A stretch of 64,000 nucleotides of DNA, from the NCBI GenBank assembly GCA_965261735.1, contig OZ253470.1, positions 4,896,001 through 4,960,000 of the forward strand, read 5' to 3'. Shown here piece after piece: positions 9,975-19,718 of the stretch (position 1 is the stretch's first letter; every line of letters begins with the position of its first letter). Both the position numbers and the translations under genes were made by a program. Under the pieces are notes generated by a model. The model worked only from the letters and a program-made list of their open reading frames with translations, made no database searches and was not told the DNA's origin. The stretch is from Alphaproteobacteria bacterium. GTDB lineage: Bacteria > Pseudomonadota > Alphaproteobacteria > SHVV01.

Positions 9975-10376
9975 ATGAGCGAGAGTTTGCGTCAGTCCGT
10001 CAACGTGCCCGGCTGCGAGGCACTGTTCGGCAACTATTCCTCGGCCGTCATCGTCAAGCCCGGCCGCCTGCTATTCGTTTCCGGCCAGGTGGCCGTGGAC
10101 GAGAACGGCAAGACGGTCGGCGTCGGCGACGTGGCCCGCCAGTGCGAGTACGTTCTGCAAAAGATCGAAAAGATCGTCACCTACAACGGCGGCACGGTCG
10201 CGGACATCGTGCAGGATCGCGTATACGTGACCGACCGCGCGTTCCATCCCCTGGTGCTCCCGGTTCGCCTCAAGCACTTCCCGGAGAACGGCCCGGCCAG
10301 CGCTTTCGTCGAAGTCGCCTCGCTCAAGGACCCCGAATGGCTGATCGAAATCGAGGTCGTCGCGGTGCTGCCGTGA
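9975..10376 (+). CDS. RidA/YjgF family protein
   Basis: LFVSGQV, PAS..VEV, C-terminal LIEIEVVA. Confidence 0.88.
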   Translation: MSESLRQSVNVPGCEALFGNYSSAVIVKPGRLLFVSGQVAVDENGKTVGVGDVARQCEYVLQKIEKIVTYNGGTVADIVQDRVYVTDRAFHPLVLPVRLKHFPENGPASAFVEVASLKDPEWLIEIEVVAVLP

Positions 10377-10389
10377 ACACGCCAGCCCG

Positions 10390-11911
10390 ATGAAGAGATT
10401 GATGAAACGCGCCTCTCTCGGGCTCCTCGCGCTCGCCTTCTACGCCGCCGCAGCTGCACCGGGCAATCTTCCGAATCCCAGCAACGAGTCCATTGTCGGC
10501 CATTTCGACATCGTCGCCTTCGGTAGCGGCGAACACGCCGCCCAGGGGTTTACGCGCGTGCGCAAGTGGGAGCAGCCTATCCGCATCGGCCTCCAGGGCG
10601 ACTATCCCGACTATTTCGAACAATTCGTCAACGAACACATCGCCGATCTCGTCGCCGCCACGAGCCATCCGATCGAGCTCTATTACTCGTTCAATCTGCA
10701 GCGTGCCGGCAAGCTGGCGGTCGATTTCGATCGCCGCAAAGTCAACGTGATCCTCTACTACCTGCCGCGACCAGCATAGCCGCTCCAATCGTCAGTAACG
10801 ATCAGCGATCGCGGCGCGACGGTGCTCTCGACGAACCCACAGAGCGACTCGGCGCTACGGTCGAGCACGACGGCGAGCCGAACGCGTCCGGCATAGCGTC
10901 CGTCTTTCCGGTTGTCGAGCTTGGTGCCCGGCTTTCGATGACGCACCTCGATGGCACAGGAGACGGGAACCTTGTGGTGAACACCACGGCCTTCCCCACG
11001 CGTTCGCCCGCCAACCCAGGTTTCGTCCACCTCAACATGGTTCTTGGGCTGTCCACCGATCCTGTCTTGGTTGGGCCGCACCATGCCCGAGCGGAGCTTG
11101 TGGAGAATTTGAAAGGCCGTCTCGTAGCGCGAAAGACCAAGTTGCCGCTGAAACTGCACGGCGGACATGCCGGGCGTCTGACTGGCGACCAGATAAGCGG
11201 CCCAGAACCAGACGTTCAGCGGAGTGTGGCTACGCTCCATCACTGTTCCCACCGTCAGCCCGGTGTTCTGGCGGCACTTGCGGCAGCGCAGGACGCCAGG
11301 GCGGTTTTCAAAGTGGAACGGCTCTCCCGCCGTGCCGCAGTGCGGGCAGGCAAAGCCGTCTCCCCAGCGGGCTTTCTCCAGGTAGGCGGCGCAGGCCGCA
11401 TCATCGGGGAAAAGTCGCTGGAACTCGGGTAGCGAATGCGGGAATGGGAGATCGGCGCGGTCGAGAACATCCATGGCGCGCTCCCCTATATCCGGGTTGC
11501 GCCCATTCTAGCCCTAGTGGGTGTGGGTGTAAACCGGATAGGCAAGGTTACTTCGACAACGACACGGCGGCCGTCGAGAAACTCGTAACAAATTCATCGT
11601 GTTTCGCGAAATTCTTCAAGAAAAAGAACAATATCGTGGCCGGCATTGTTGTGTTCCCCGACCATCTTCGGAAAGTCCAGTCGCGCACCTGCGTCATCGA
11701 GGAGCTGACCCAATTGCTAGGCCTGCCCAACGACAGCGACCGGGTCGCACCGTCGATCTTCAACGACAAGAGCCTCTATATCGACTTGACCGATCACGAT
11801 CGCCTGTTGCTTCGCGTCCTCTACGACGCGCGCATGAAAGCCGGCATGTCGCGGGCCGAGGCGTTGCTGCTCGCACGCCGGATCCTGGATGAGATCCGCC
11901 CCGGGCAGTAG
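10390..11911 (+). pseudogene. DUF2927-like exported protein interrupted by IS1595-A
   Basis: Signal peptide and RKWEQPIR before the IS. CVIEELTQLLGLPNDS...SIFND after it. Confidence 0.8.
10771..11546 (-). mobile_element. IS1595-A copy 2, 3' third deleted
   Basis: Left IR ends at 11546. Identity to copy 1 stops at 10771. No right IR and no TSD. Confidence 0.92.
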
Positions 11912-11914
11912 GCG

Positions 11915-12799
11915 TCAGAGGGGACCCTCGGCGTAGAGCCGGATGAGACCGCTCTGGTCCACATCGCCGTGGCCGCCGGCGACGAGCAGCCGGAACAACT
12001 CGCCGGCCAGCGCGGTCATCGGCACGGCGGTGGCGGTGGCGCGCGCGACCCCGAGTGCCGTGTCCATGTCCTTGAGCATGAGGCGCACGCCGCCCCGCGG
12101 CGCGAGGTCGCCCGCGGCCATGCGCCGCGCGTGCACTTGCAGGATCGTGGAATCGGCGAAACCGCCGGCCAGGCAATCGGGCAGCAGCTCGGCCGCAATA
12201 CCGGCGTCGGCGGCGAGCTTCAAGGTTTCGGCGACGACCGCGATGGTGCCGCCGACGATCATTTGATTGCATACCTTGGTCGTCTGTCCGGCGCCTATTG
12301 CGCCCATGTGGGTGAGGCGCTGTGCGAGGGGCTCGACCATGCTTCGGATCGTCGCGACGTCCTCGGGCGCGCCCCCCGCCATCACCACCAGCGTTCCCGA
12401 CTCGGCTCCGGCGGGCCCACCCGATACCGGCGCATCGACCCACCGCATGCCGGTCTCGGCCGCCAGCCGCGCCGCCATGTCGCGGGTCGCCGCGGGATCG
12501 ATGCTCGAGGTATCGACGAGGATCTTGCCGGGCGCCGCGCCCTCGTGCACGCCCTCGGGCCCGAACACCACCTCTTCAACGGCCGCCGTGTCGGTGAGGC
12601 TGAGAAGGGTCGCATCGCCGGCCTCGGCAACCGCGGCAGGGCTCGCGGCGGCGCGCGCGCCAGCGGCGCAGGGCCCGTCCATCTTGTCTCGCGAGCGGTT
12701 CCAGACGGTAAGTTCGCGGCCGCTCTCGAGAAGACGGCGGGCCATCGGCTTACCCATGGCGCCGAGTCCTATGAAGCCTAGGGCACCAGTGGTTGGCAT
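11915..12799 (-). CDS. Beta-hydroxyacid dehydrogenase (3-hydroxyisobutyrate dehydrogenase family)
   Basis: GFIGLGAMG, DAPVSGG, KVCNQ, KDM. Confidence 0.9.
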   Translation of the reverse strand: MPTTGALGFIGLGAMGKPMARRLLESGRELTVWNRSRDKMDGPCAAGARAAASPAAVAEAGDATLLSLTDTAAVEEVVFGPEGVHEGAAPGKILVDTSSIDPAATRDMAARLAAETGMRWVDAPVSGGPAGAESGTLVVMAGGAPEDVATIRSMVEPLAQRLTHMGAIGAGQTTKVCNQMIVGGTIAVVAETLKLAADAGIAAELLPDCLAGGFADSTILQVHARRMAAGDLAPRGGVRLMLKDMDTALGVARATATAVPMTALAGELFRLLVAGGHGDVDQSGLIRLYAEGPL

Positions 12800-12836
12800 C
12801 GTTTCCCCCTCCCCGCCCCCACGAGAGGCGCCCCCT

Positions 12837-13598
12837 TTACAGCAGCGACTGGCCGTCGTCCACGTTGATCACGGCGCCGGTGATGAAGTTGGACTCCGGC
12901 GATACCAGGAGCATCAAGGCCCCGTCGAGATCCTCGGGCCGGCCGAGCCGGCGCCGCAGCATCGTGTCGATCCTCGCCTTGCCGGCGTCGCTGGCAAAAA
13001 AGTCGCGGTTGATGTCGGTCTCGATGTAGCCGGGAGCGAGCGCGTTGACCTGAATATCGTAACGTGCCCATTCCAGCGCCATCGCCTTGGTCATCTGGAT
13101 CAGGCCGCCCTTCGACATGCAGTACAGCGAAAGTCCGCCGATGACCTCGAAACCCAGGATGGAGGCGATGTTGACGATCTTGCCGCCGCGCCCCGCGGCG
13201 ATCATCCGCGTGCCCACCTCATGAGCGACGAGCCAGGCCCCCTTGAGGTTCGTGTCCATGACAAAGTCGTAGTCGCTGCTGCCGAGGTCCTTGATGGCCT
13301 TTTGCCCGGAGGCGCCGGCGTTGTTGACGAGGAGCGTGATCGTGCCGAGTTCGGTGGCCGCGGCCTCCGCCGCGTCGCGCACGCTGCCCTCGTCGGTAAC
13401 GTCGAGGGGCACAGCCATCGCGTGGCCGCCCGATGCTACGATTTCGGCGGCCAGCGCCTCGAGCTCGCTCACGCGGCGCGCGGCCAGGGCGACCCGAGCG
13501 CCGGCGCCCGCCAACACCACGGCGAAGCGGCGGCCCAGCCCGCTGGAGGCGCCTGTTACCAACGCCGTTTGACCTTCGAGGAGTTGTGCCGCGCCCAT
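12837..13598 (-). CDS. SDR family oxidoreductase
   Basis: TGASSGLG, NNAG, YCMSK. Confidence 0.92.
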   Translation of the reverse strand: MGAAQLLEGQTALVTGASSGLGRRFAVVLAGAGARVALAARRVSELEALAAEIVASGGHAMAVPLDVTDEGSVRDAAEAAATELGTITLLVNNAGASGQKAIKDLGSSDYDFVMDTNLKGAWLVAHEVGTRMIAAGRGGKIVNIASILGFEVIGGLSLYCMSKGGLIQMTKAMALEWARYDIQVNALAPGYIETDINRDFFASDAGKARIDTMLRRRLGRPEDLDGALMLLVSPESNFITGAVINVDDGQSLL

Positions 13599-13746
13599 GC
13601 CGAAAACTCCGTGGCCCTGCCACAGCGGTGTGACAGCACTCTAGAGGCGTAGCCGCGACGGCGGCAAGGAAGACCCACCTCGCGGCAATCGTATTTTAAC
13701 CAGCGCCTGCTACCTTCGGGCGCTTCGGCCGGCGGAGGGGCCTCTC

Positions 13747-15090
13747 ATGAGCTATACGGCGCGGGTACTTGTGGTTGGGAACGACCCGTCGCTGGACCGC
13801 GTCGGCCCGCTACTGGGGAATCTCGGGTATTACCACGCTGCAGCGGCCTCGCTCGATGCCGCTCTGGAGGCGGCCAAGGCCGATCGTCCCGACGTCGTAA
13901 TCGCGCGCACGAGTTCGGATCCCGCGGACAACGCGAGCGTCGAAAGCGCCATACGGGAAATGTCCGAAGTTCGCCGGATCCCGGTCGTCCGCGTGGGCGA
14001 GCACGACACGGTGTTTCCCGAAATGTCAGATTGGGCGGGTGTGGTGACCGAGTTCCTGCCGAGCGATTTTCACGACGTCGAGCTGTCCGCCCGCCTAACC
14101 TCGCTGGTGCGCCTCAACACCATGCAGACCGAGCTGCGGCAGCGCGCCGCCACGGTTGCCGACTTCGGAGTCGACTGGCCTATCGATATTGCTCCCCCCG
14201 GCGAGCTGGCGGCGGCCCGTATCCTCGTCGTCGCCGCGAGCGCCAGCGATCAAGACGCCATTGCCGGCGCGTTCAAGGAACCCGTCTCGGTGGTGTTGGC
14301 AGAAAACGCGTTCGATGCGATGGCGCGCCTGCTTGAGAAGGACATCGACGCCGCCATCATCTCCATGGCGTCGAACGGCTCTGGCGACAGCCTCACTCTG
14401 TGCACCGACATTCGCAGCAATCCCAGCCTCTTCAACCTTCCGGTGATCGTCATCACCGATGCCGCCGAGAGCAGCGCGCCCTCGCGCCCACTCGCCCGCG
14501 GCGCCAGCGACGTGGTCGTGCGACCCTTTCAATCGGCTGTTCTCAGCGCACGCGTCGGCGGGCTGATCAGGCAGAACCGCTACCGCTACGCCATGCACCA
14601 AACCTACCGCAAGAGCCACCTCGATCTGACCACCGACAGCCTTACCGGGCTGCACAGCTTCGGCTTCCTGCATGCCCATCTGGCTCGCCAGATGGATTAC
14701 GCCCTGCGCTACGACAAGCACCTGGCGCTCGGGTTTCTCGATGTCCGACGGATGAGGGTGGTCAACGACGAGTTCGGCTTCGTCGTCGGCGATCGCCTGC
14801 TGCGCCAGCTCGGTCTCCTGGTCGCCAACCTGATACGCGGCGAAGATCTGGCGGCCCGGTTCGGGGGCGAGAAATTCTGTGTGGTGCAGCCCGAGACGAC
14901 ACCGGACGACGCGGAGTTCGCGCTGAATCGCATCGTCGGTGTCGTCAATAATACGGAATTCGCCATCCCGACCGTCGGCCAACCGATCGTCGTGCGCATG
15001 TCGGTGGGCGGCGCTTCCATCGCGCCCGGCGACACCCCCGCCGCGCTCATCGGCCGCGCCCGAAAGGCGTGCCTCTTCGCGGTCAGGTGA
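13747..15090 (+). CDS. PleD/PopA-like REC-REC-GGDEF protein with degenerate active site
   Basis: Two receiver-like domains, TDSLTGL, RGED I-site, GGEKF. Confidence 0.85.
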   Translation: MSYTARVLVVGNDPSLDRVGPLLGNLGYYHAAAASLDAALEAAKADRPDVVIARTSSDPADNASVESAIREMSEVRRIPVVRVGEHDTVFPEMSDWAGVVTEFLPSDFHDVELSARLTSLVRLNTMQTELRQRAATVADFGVDWPIDIAPPGELAAARILVVAASASDQDAIAGAFKEPVSVVLAENAFDAMARLLEKDIDAAIISMASNGSGDSLTLCTDIRSNPSLFNLPVIVITDAAESSAPSRPLARGASDVVVRPFQSAVLSARVGGLIRQNRYRYAMHQTYRKSHLDLTTDSLTGLHSFGFLHAHLARQMDYALRYDKHLALGFLDVRRMRVVNDEFGFVVGDRLLRQLGLLVANLIRGEDLAARFGGEKFCVVQPETTPDDAEFALNRIVGVVNNTEFAIPTVGQPIVVRMSVGGASIAPGDTPAALIGRARKACLFAVR

Positions 15091-15193
15091 ACGGCCAGCG
15101 TAAGGCCCGCACCGAGGGGCGGCACCGGCGCTTCACATCGAACCGCGCTCGCCCTATGTTGGGTACGCAGCACCCGACGACGGCCCGTGCACC

Positions 15194-15859
15194 ATGAAAA
15201 TCGACATCGTCTCCGATACGGTCTGCCCGTGGTGCTTCGTCGGCAAGCGCCGGTTGGAGCGGGCGCTTGCCCTGCGCCCGGGTCTGACACCCGATATCAC
15301 CTGGTGGCCGTTCCAGCTCAACCCCGACATGCCGGCCGTAGGACGCGACCGCAAATCCTACCTCGAAGCCAAGTTCGGCGGCCCGGCGGGTGCCGAACGC
15401 ATCTACGCGCACATCCGCGACGCGGGCCTCTCGGAGGGCATCGACTTCTCCTTCGATGCCATCGAGCGCACGCCGAACACGATCGATTCGCACCGGCTCA
15501 TTCACTGGGCCGGCGCCGCCGGTCGCCAAGACGACGTGGTCGAGGGCCTGTTTCGGGCCTACTTCCTGGACGGCCGCGACATCGGCGACGCCACCGTGCT
15601 CGTCGAAGTGGCCCGCGACGCGGGACTGGACAAGGACGATGTGGCGCTCGGGCTCGCCGAGGAACGCGACCGCGATCTCATGGCGCAGTGGAACCGATCC
15701 GCGGTCGAGATGGGGATAAGCGGCGTGCCCTGCTTTATCGTCGACCGCAAGCGCGCGATTTCCGGCGCCCAGGACGCCAGTGTGTTTCTTCAGCTCTTCG
15801 ATACTATCGCCGAGGAGGCTCCGGAGGCGAGAAGCGGCGACGCCGCCGCGCCCGCTTGA
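15194..15859 (+). CDS. DsbA family oxidoreductase (FrnE-like)
   Basis: SDTVCPWC, FQLNPDMP, GVP, GAQ. Confidence 0.9.
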   Translation: MKIDIVSDTVCPWCFVGKRRLERALALRPGLTPDITWWPFQLNPDMPAVGRDRKSYLEAKFGGPAGAERIYAHIRDAGLSEGIDFSFDAIERTPNTIDSHRLIHWAGAAGRQDDVVEGLFRAYFLDGRDIGDATVLVEVARDAGLDKDDVALGLAEERDRDLMAQWNRSAVEMGISGVPCFIVDRKRAISGAQDASVFLQLFDTIAEEAPEARSGDAAAPA

Positions 15860-18800
15860 GTACGGACACCGGCGAGCTCCTCGAGCAAGCCTTGGACGCC
15901 GGCCAGCCGCTCGTCGACGCCGTCCCAATCGCGCATGCACACGAGGCGTTGATCGGGCCTCAACTTTGTGGTCTCGGGGTGAGCACCAATGTAGGCGACG
16001 AGCGCGGCCGGATCCGAGAACGAGTCCTCGCGAAACGCGAGCGTGGCGCCACGGGGTCCGGCATCGACCCGAGCGACCGCGGCCACCCGGCACGCCTGCT
16101 TGATGGCGACCACGGCGAGCAGATGCTCGACTTCGCTCGGCAGCGGCCCGAAGCGGTCGATGAGCTCGGCGCCGAACGCATCGATATCCGCGCGCGCCTC
16201 CAGGCGAGCGAGCCTGCGGTAGAGGCCCATGCGCACACTGAGATCGGCGACGTAGGTCTCGGGGATCAGCACCGCCGTGCCGAGGTTGATCTGCGGCGAC
16301 CACGTCTCCTCGGCCTCCGCCTCGGCCTCGCCCGCGGCACTGCGGGCGGCCATCACCGCCTCCTCCAGCATCTGCTGGTAGAGCTCGAGGCCGACCTCGC
16401 GGATGTGGCCGGACTGCTCCTCGCCGAGAAGGTTGCCGGCACCGCGGATGTCGAGGTCGTGGCTCGCCAGGCTGAAGCCGGCGCCGAGCCCGTCCAAGGC
16501 CTGCATGACCTGAAGGCGCTTCTCGGCGCCGGCGGTCGGCATCTGCTGCGGGGGCAAGGTGAGATAGGCGTAGGCGCGCGTCTTCGAGCGGCCGATGCGG
16601 CCGCGAAGCTGATACAACTGGGCCAGGCCGAACATGTCGGCGCGGTGTACGATCATGGTGTTCGCCGTCGGAATATCGAGCCCCGATTCGACGATGGTGG
16701 TGCACAGTAGGACCTCGAAGCCTCCGTCGTAGAACGCGTTCATGACACGGTCGAGCTGGCGCGCGGCCAAGCGCCCGTGGGCCACGCCGACTTTGACCTC
16801 CGGCACCTCCTCCTTGAGGAAGCGCGCCGCGTCGGGCAGATCCGCGATGCGTGGGCAGATGTAAAAGATTTGCCCGCCGCGATAGTGCTCGCGCAGGATC
16901 GCCTCGCGCACGACGACGGGATCGAACGGCATAATGAAGGTGCGGATCGCCAGCCGGTCGGCCGGCGGGGTCGTGATCAGGCTGAGCTCGCGCACCCCGC
17001 TCAACGCCATCTGCAGCGTCCGCGGAATCGGCGTCGCCGTCAGCGTCAGTACGTGAACGTTGGCGCGAAGCGCCTTCAGGCGCTCCTTGTGCGCCACGCC
17101 GAAATGCTGCTCCTCGTCGACGACCAGTAGTCCGAGGTCGCGAAAAGCGACGTTCTTGCCGAGCAGCGCGTGGGTGCCGATGACGATGTCGATGTCGCCC
17201 GCGGCAAGGCCCTTCTTGACCTCGGCGGCCTCGCGCGCCGAGACGAGCCGGGAGAGTTGGGCGATGCACACCGGCAGCCCGGCGAAGCGCTCGCTGAACG
17301 TGTGGAAGTGCTGCCGGCACAACAGCGTCGTCGGCGCCACCACGGCCACCTGCTTGCCCGCGAGCGCGGCGATGAAGGCGCTGCGCAGCGCGACCTCGGT
17401 CTTGCCGAAGCCGACGTCGCCGCAGATCAGCCGGTCCATCGGATGGCCGGTGGCGAGATCGCCCAACACCTCGTCGACCGCGCGGCGCTGATCGTCGGTC
17501 TCGAAGTAGGGGAAGCGGGCGCAGAACTCGTCGTAGAGCCCGTCCGGCGGCGTCAAAGGATCGCCCGGCTGCATGTGACGCTGGGCGGCGATAGCGATGA
17601 GCTGTCCGGCTATGTCCTTGAGGCGCTTCTTCACCCGCGCCTTGCGCGTCTGCCAGGCCGTGCTGCCGAGCCGGTCGAGCGCCGCCCCGGCGTCCTCGGA
17701 ACCGTAGCGCGACAGCACATCGATGTTTTCGACCGGAATGAACAGGCGGTCCCCGCCGTCGTAGACGAGGCACAGGCAGTCATGAGGCGCATCGCCAACA
17801 TCGAGGGTCTTGAGGCCCGTGAACTGGCCAATGCCGTGCTCGACATGGATAACGAGGTCGCCTTCGGCGAGCTCCGACGCCGCGGCGATGAAGTTCTCGG
17901 CGCGGCGGCGCCGGGACGGCGGGCGCGCCAACCGCTCGCCCAGAATGTCGGGCTCGCTGATGACGACGAGGTCGTCGACCTCGAAGCCGCGTTCGAGGCC
18001 GAGGACGGCGAGCGCCGCCGTGCCGCGCGGCAATCTGCCGACGGCCGCCCACGACTCCACGTTCGCGAGCGTTTCGAGACCATGATCCTTGAGCAGCTTG
18101 GCGAGGCGATCGCGCGCGCCCTCGCTGTAGCTCGCGATCACGACCCGGCGGCCCGCGGCAGTCGTGGCGCGCACGTGATCGCGGACGCCTTCGAACACGC
18201 TCGCCCCAGGTTGCAGGCGCTCGCTCACGAAGCGCGCGCCGTCGCGGCCCCCGGCGTCGACCGCCAAATGACCGTCGGCGGGGGCGCGATAGGGGGACAG
18301 CGCGCCGATGGCCCGCGGCGCGACAAGGCGCTCCCACTCCGCAGGCGTCAGATAGAGCCGGTCCGACGGCAACGGCTTGTACACGGCGGCCCCCGCACCA
18401 ACCACGTCGCGGCGCAAGCGGCGCGCTTCGTAGTAGTCGGCGATGGCTTCGAAGCGCGCCGCTTGCGCCTCATCGACCAAGTGGTCGAGCGTCAGGGTTG
18501 CCTCCGGCAGGTAGTCGAAGAGCGTTTCGCAGGTCTCGTGGAACAGCGGCAACCAATGCTCCATGCCGATATGGCGGCGCCCCGCCGATACCGCAGCGTA
18601 CAGGGGATCGTCGTCGCCGGCGACGCCGAACAGCGCGCTGTAACCGGCTCGAAAGCGGGCGATTGCCTCATCCTCTAGCGCCACCTCGCCGACCGCCCCG
18701 AGCTCGACCCCGTCGATCTTGCGGATTGTCCTCTGAGTCAGGGGATCGAAGGAGCGAATACCCTCGATGACGTCGCCGAACAGATCGAGACGGACCGGCT

Positions 18801-19332
18801 CGCCTGCCCCGGGCGGAAAAACATCGACGATGCCTCCCCGAACCGCGACCTCGCCGGGCTCCATGACAGTTCCAGTTCGCCGATATCCGTTGCCGGCGAG
18901 AAAGCGGGTAAGGTCGTCGAGGGCGATCGTGTCGCCTACCGCCGTCCTGAACGACGCGCCCACCAACGCCGCCCGCGGGGGCACCCGCTGCAGGATCGCA
19001 TTCACCGTGGTGACGACCACGACTACCGACGAGCCGGATTCGGCGAGCCGGCTCAAGCTGTTCATGCGCTGGCTCACGATCTCCGGGTTAGGCGAGACGC
19101 GGTCGTAGGGCAGACAGTCCCAGGCCGGGAAGCTCACGACCTCGAGGTCGGCGGCAAAAAAGGCGAGACCCTGGACGACGGCGGCCTGGCGCGCATCGTC
19201 CCTGGCGACGTGAATGAGGCCCGCCGGTGCCGACTGCGCCGCGGCGGCAATCACCAGCGCCTGCAAACCATCGGGCGCGCCGCCAATCTCCGTACGAGTT
19301 CCTGGCGCAAGAGTAATCGTGTTGTTAATCAA
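15790..19332 (-). CDS. mfd: Transcription-repair coupling factor
   Basis: PAWDCLPYD, HVEHGIG, GDVGFGKT, DEEQHFG, QLRGRIGR, TRCF C-terminus. The TTG start is approximate. Confidence 0.97.
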   Translation of the reverse strand: MINNTITLAPGTRTEIGGAPDGLQALVIAAAAQSAPAGLIHVARDDARQAAVVQGLAFFAADLEVVSFPAWDCLPYDRVSPNPEIVSQRMNSLSRLAESGSSVVVVVTTVNAILQRVPPRAALVGASFRTAVGDTIALDDLTRFLAGNGYRRTGTVMEPGEVAVRGGIVDVFPPGAGEPVRLDLFGDVIEGIRSFDPLTQRTIRKIDGVELGAVGEVALEDEAIARFRAGYSALFGVAGDDDPLYAAVSAGRRHIGMEHWLPLFHETCETLFDYLPEATLTLDHLVDEAQAARFEAIADYYEARRLRRDVVGAGAAVYKPLPSDRLYLTPAEWERLVAPRAIGALSPYRAPADGHLAVDAGGRDGARFVSERLQPGASVFEGVRDHVRATTAAGRRVVIASYSEGARDRLAKLLKDHGLETLANVESWAAVGRLPRGTAALAVLGLERGFEVDDLVVISEPDILGERLARPPSRRRRAENFIAAASELAEGDLVIHVEHGIGQFTGLKTLDVGDAPHDCLCLVYDGGDRLFIPVENIDVLSRYGSEDAGAALDRLGSTAWQTRKARVKKRLKDIAGQLIAIAAQRHMQPGDPLTPPDGLYDEFCARFPYFETDDQRRAVDEVLGDLATGHPMDRLICGDVGFGKTEVALRSAFIAALAGKQVAVVAPTTLLCRQHFHTFSERFAGLPVCIAQLSRLVSAREAAEVKKGLAAGDIDIVIGTHALLGKNVAFRDLGLLVVDEEQHFGVAHKERLKALRANVHVLTLTATPIPRTLQMALSGVRELSLITTPPADRLAIRTFIMPFDPVVVREAILREHYRGGQIFYICPRIADLPDAARFLKEEVPEVKVGVAHGRLAARQLDRVMNAFYDGGFEVLLCTTIVESGLDIPTANTMIVHRADMFGLAQLYQLRGRIGRSKTRAYAYLTLPPQQMPTAGAEKRLQVMQALDGLGAGFSLASHDLDIRGAGNLLGEEQSGHIREVGLELYQQMLEEAVMAARSAAGEAEAEAEETWSPQINLGTAVLIPETYVADLSVRMGLYRRLARLEARADIDAFGAELIDRFGPLPSEVEHLLAVVAIKQACRVAAVARVDAGPRGATLAFREDSFSDPAALVAYIGAHPETTKLRPDQRLVCMRDWDGVDERLAGVQGLLEELAGVRTQAGAAASPLLASGASSAIVSKS

Positions 19333-19336
19333 TGTT

Positions 19337-19612
19337 TTAACCTGTGTACTTAAAGTTTTGTAGAAGCTGAAGAACGTCCGTGTCGAGCTCATCGGGAGCG
19401 GCGGCGCCTCTCATGATCCAACCCAGGATGTCGGGATCGGGCTCGCCGAGCAGCGCCTCATAGCGATCGAGCTGTTCCGGCGAGAGCTGGTCGATCATGC
19501 GGTCGGAGAAGGGGCCGAGCAGGAGATCGGCCTCGCGCATGCCTCGGTGCCAGCTGCGAAAGCGCAGCTTCTTGCGGCGGACCACGAGGTCACTGTCCCC
19601 ACGCGTCGTCAT
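19337..19612 (-). CDS. sdhE: Succinate dehydrogenase assembly factor 2
   Basis: RSWHRGMREAD motif. Located between recG and mfd. Confidence 0.92.
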   Translation of the reverse strand: MTTRGDSDLVVRRKKLRFRSWHRGMREADLLLGPFSDRMIDQLSPEQLDRYEALLGEPDPDILGWIMRGAAAPDELDTDVLQLLQNFKYTG

Positions 19613-19718
19613 CGGCTACATCGGCTGCCAACGCAGCTCGACCGCCGGGCGGCTGGCGAGCGGACATGGCGTAAGATAGAGTCGGCCTCCACCCGCGCGA
19701 CTCGTCCAACCGCCGGTC

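Noticed and set aside
15083-18678. Very long alternative-frame and antisense ORFs over mfd (similar ones over IS1182, the MFS genes and istB)
   Set aside because: Arg/Gly/Pro-rich shadow ORFs expected in high-GC DNA.
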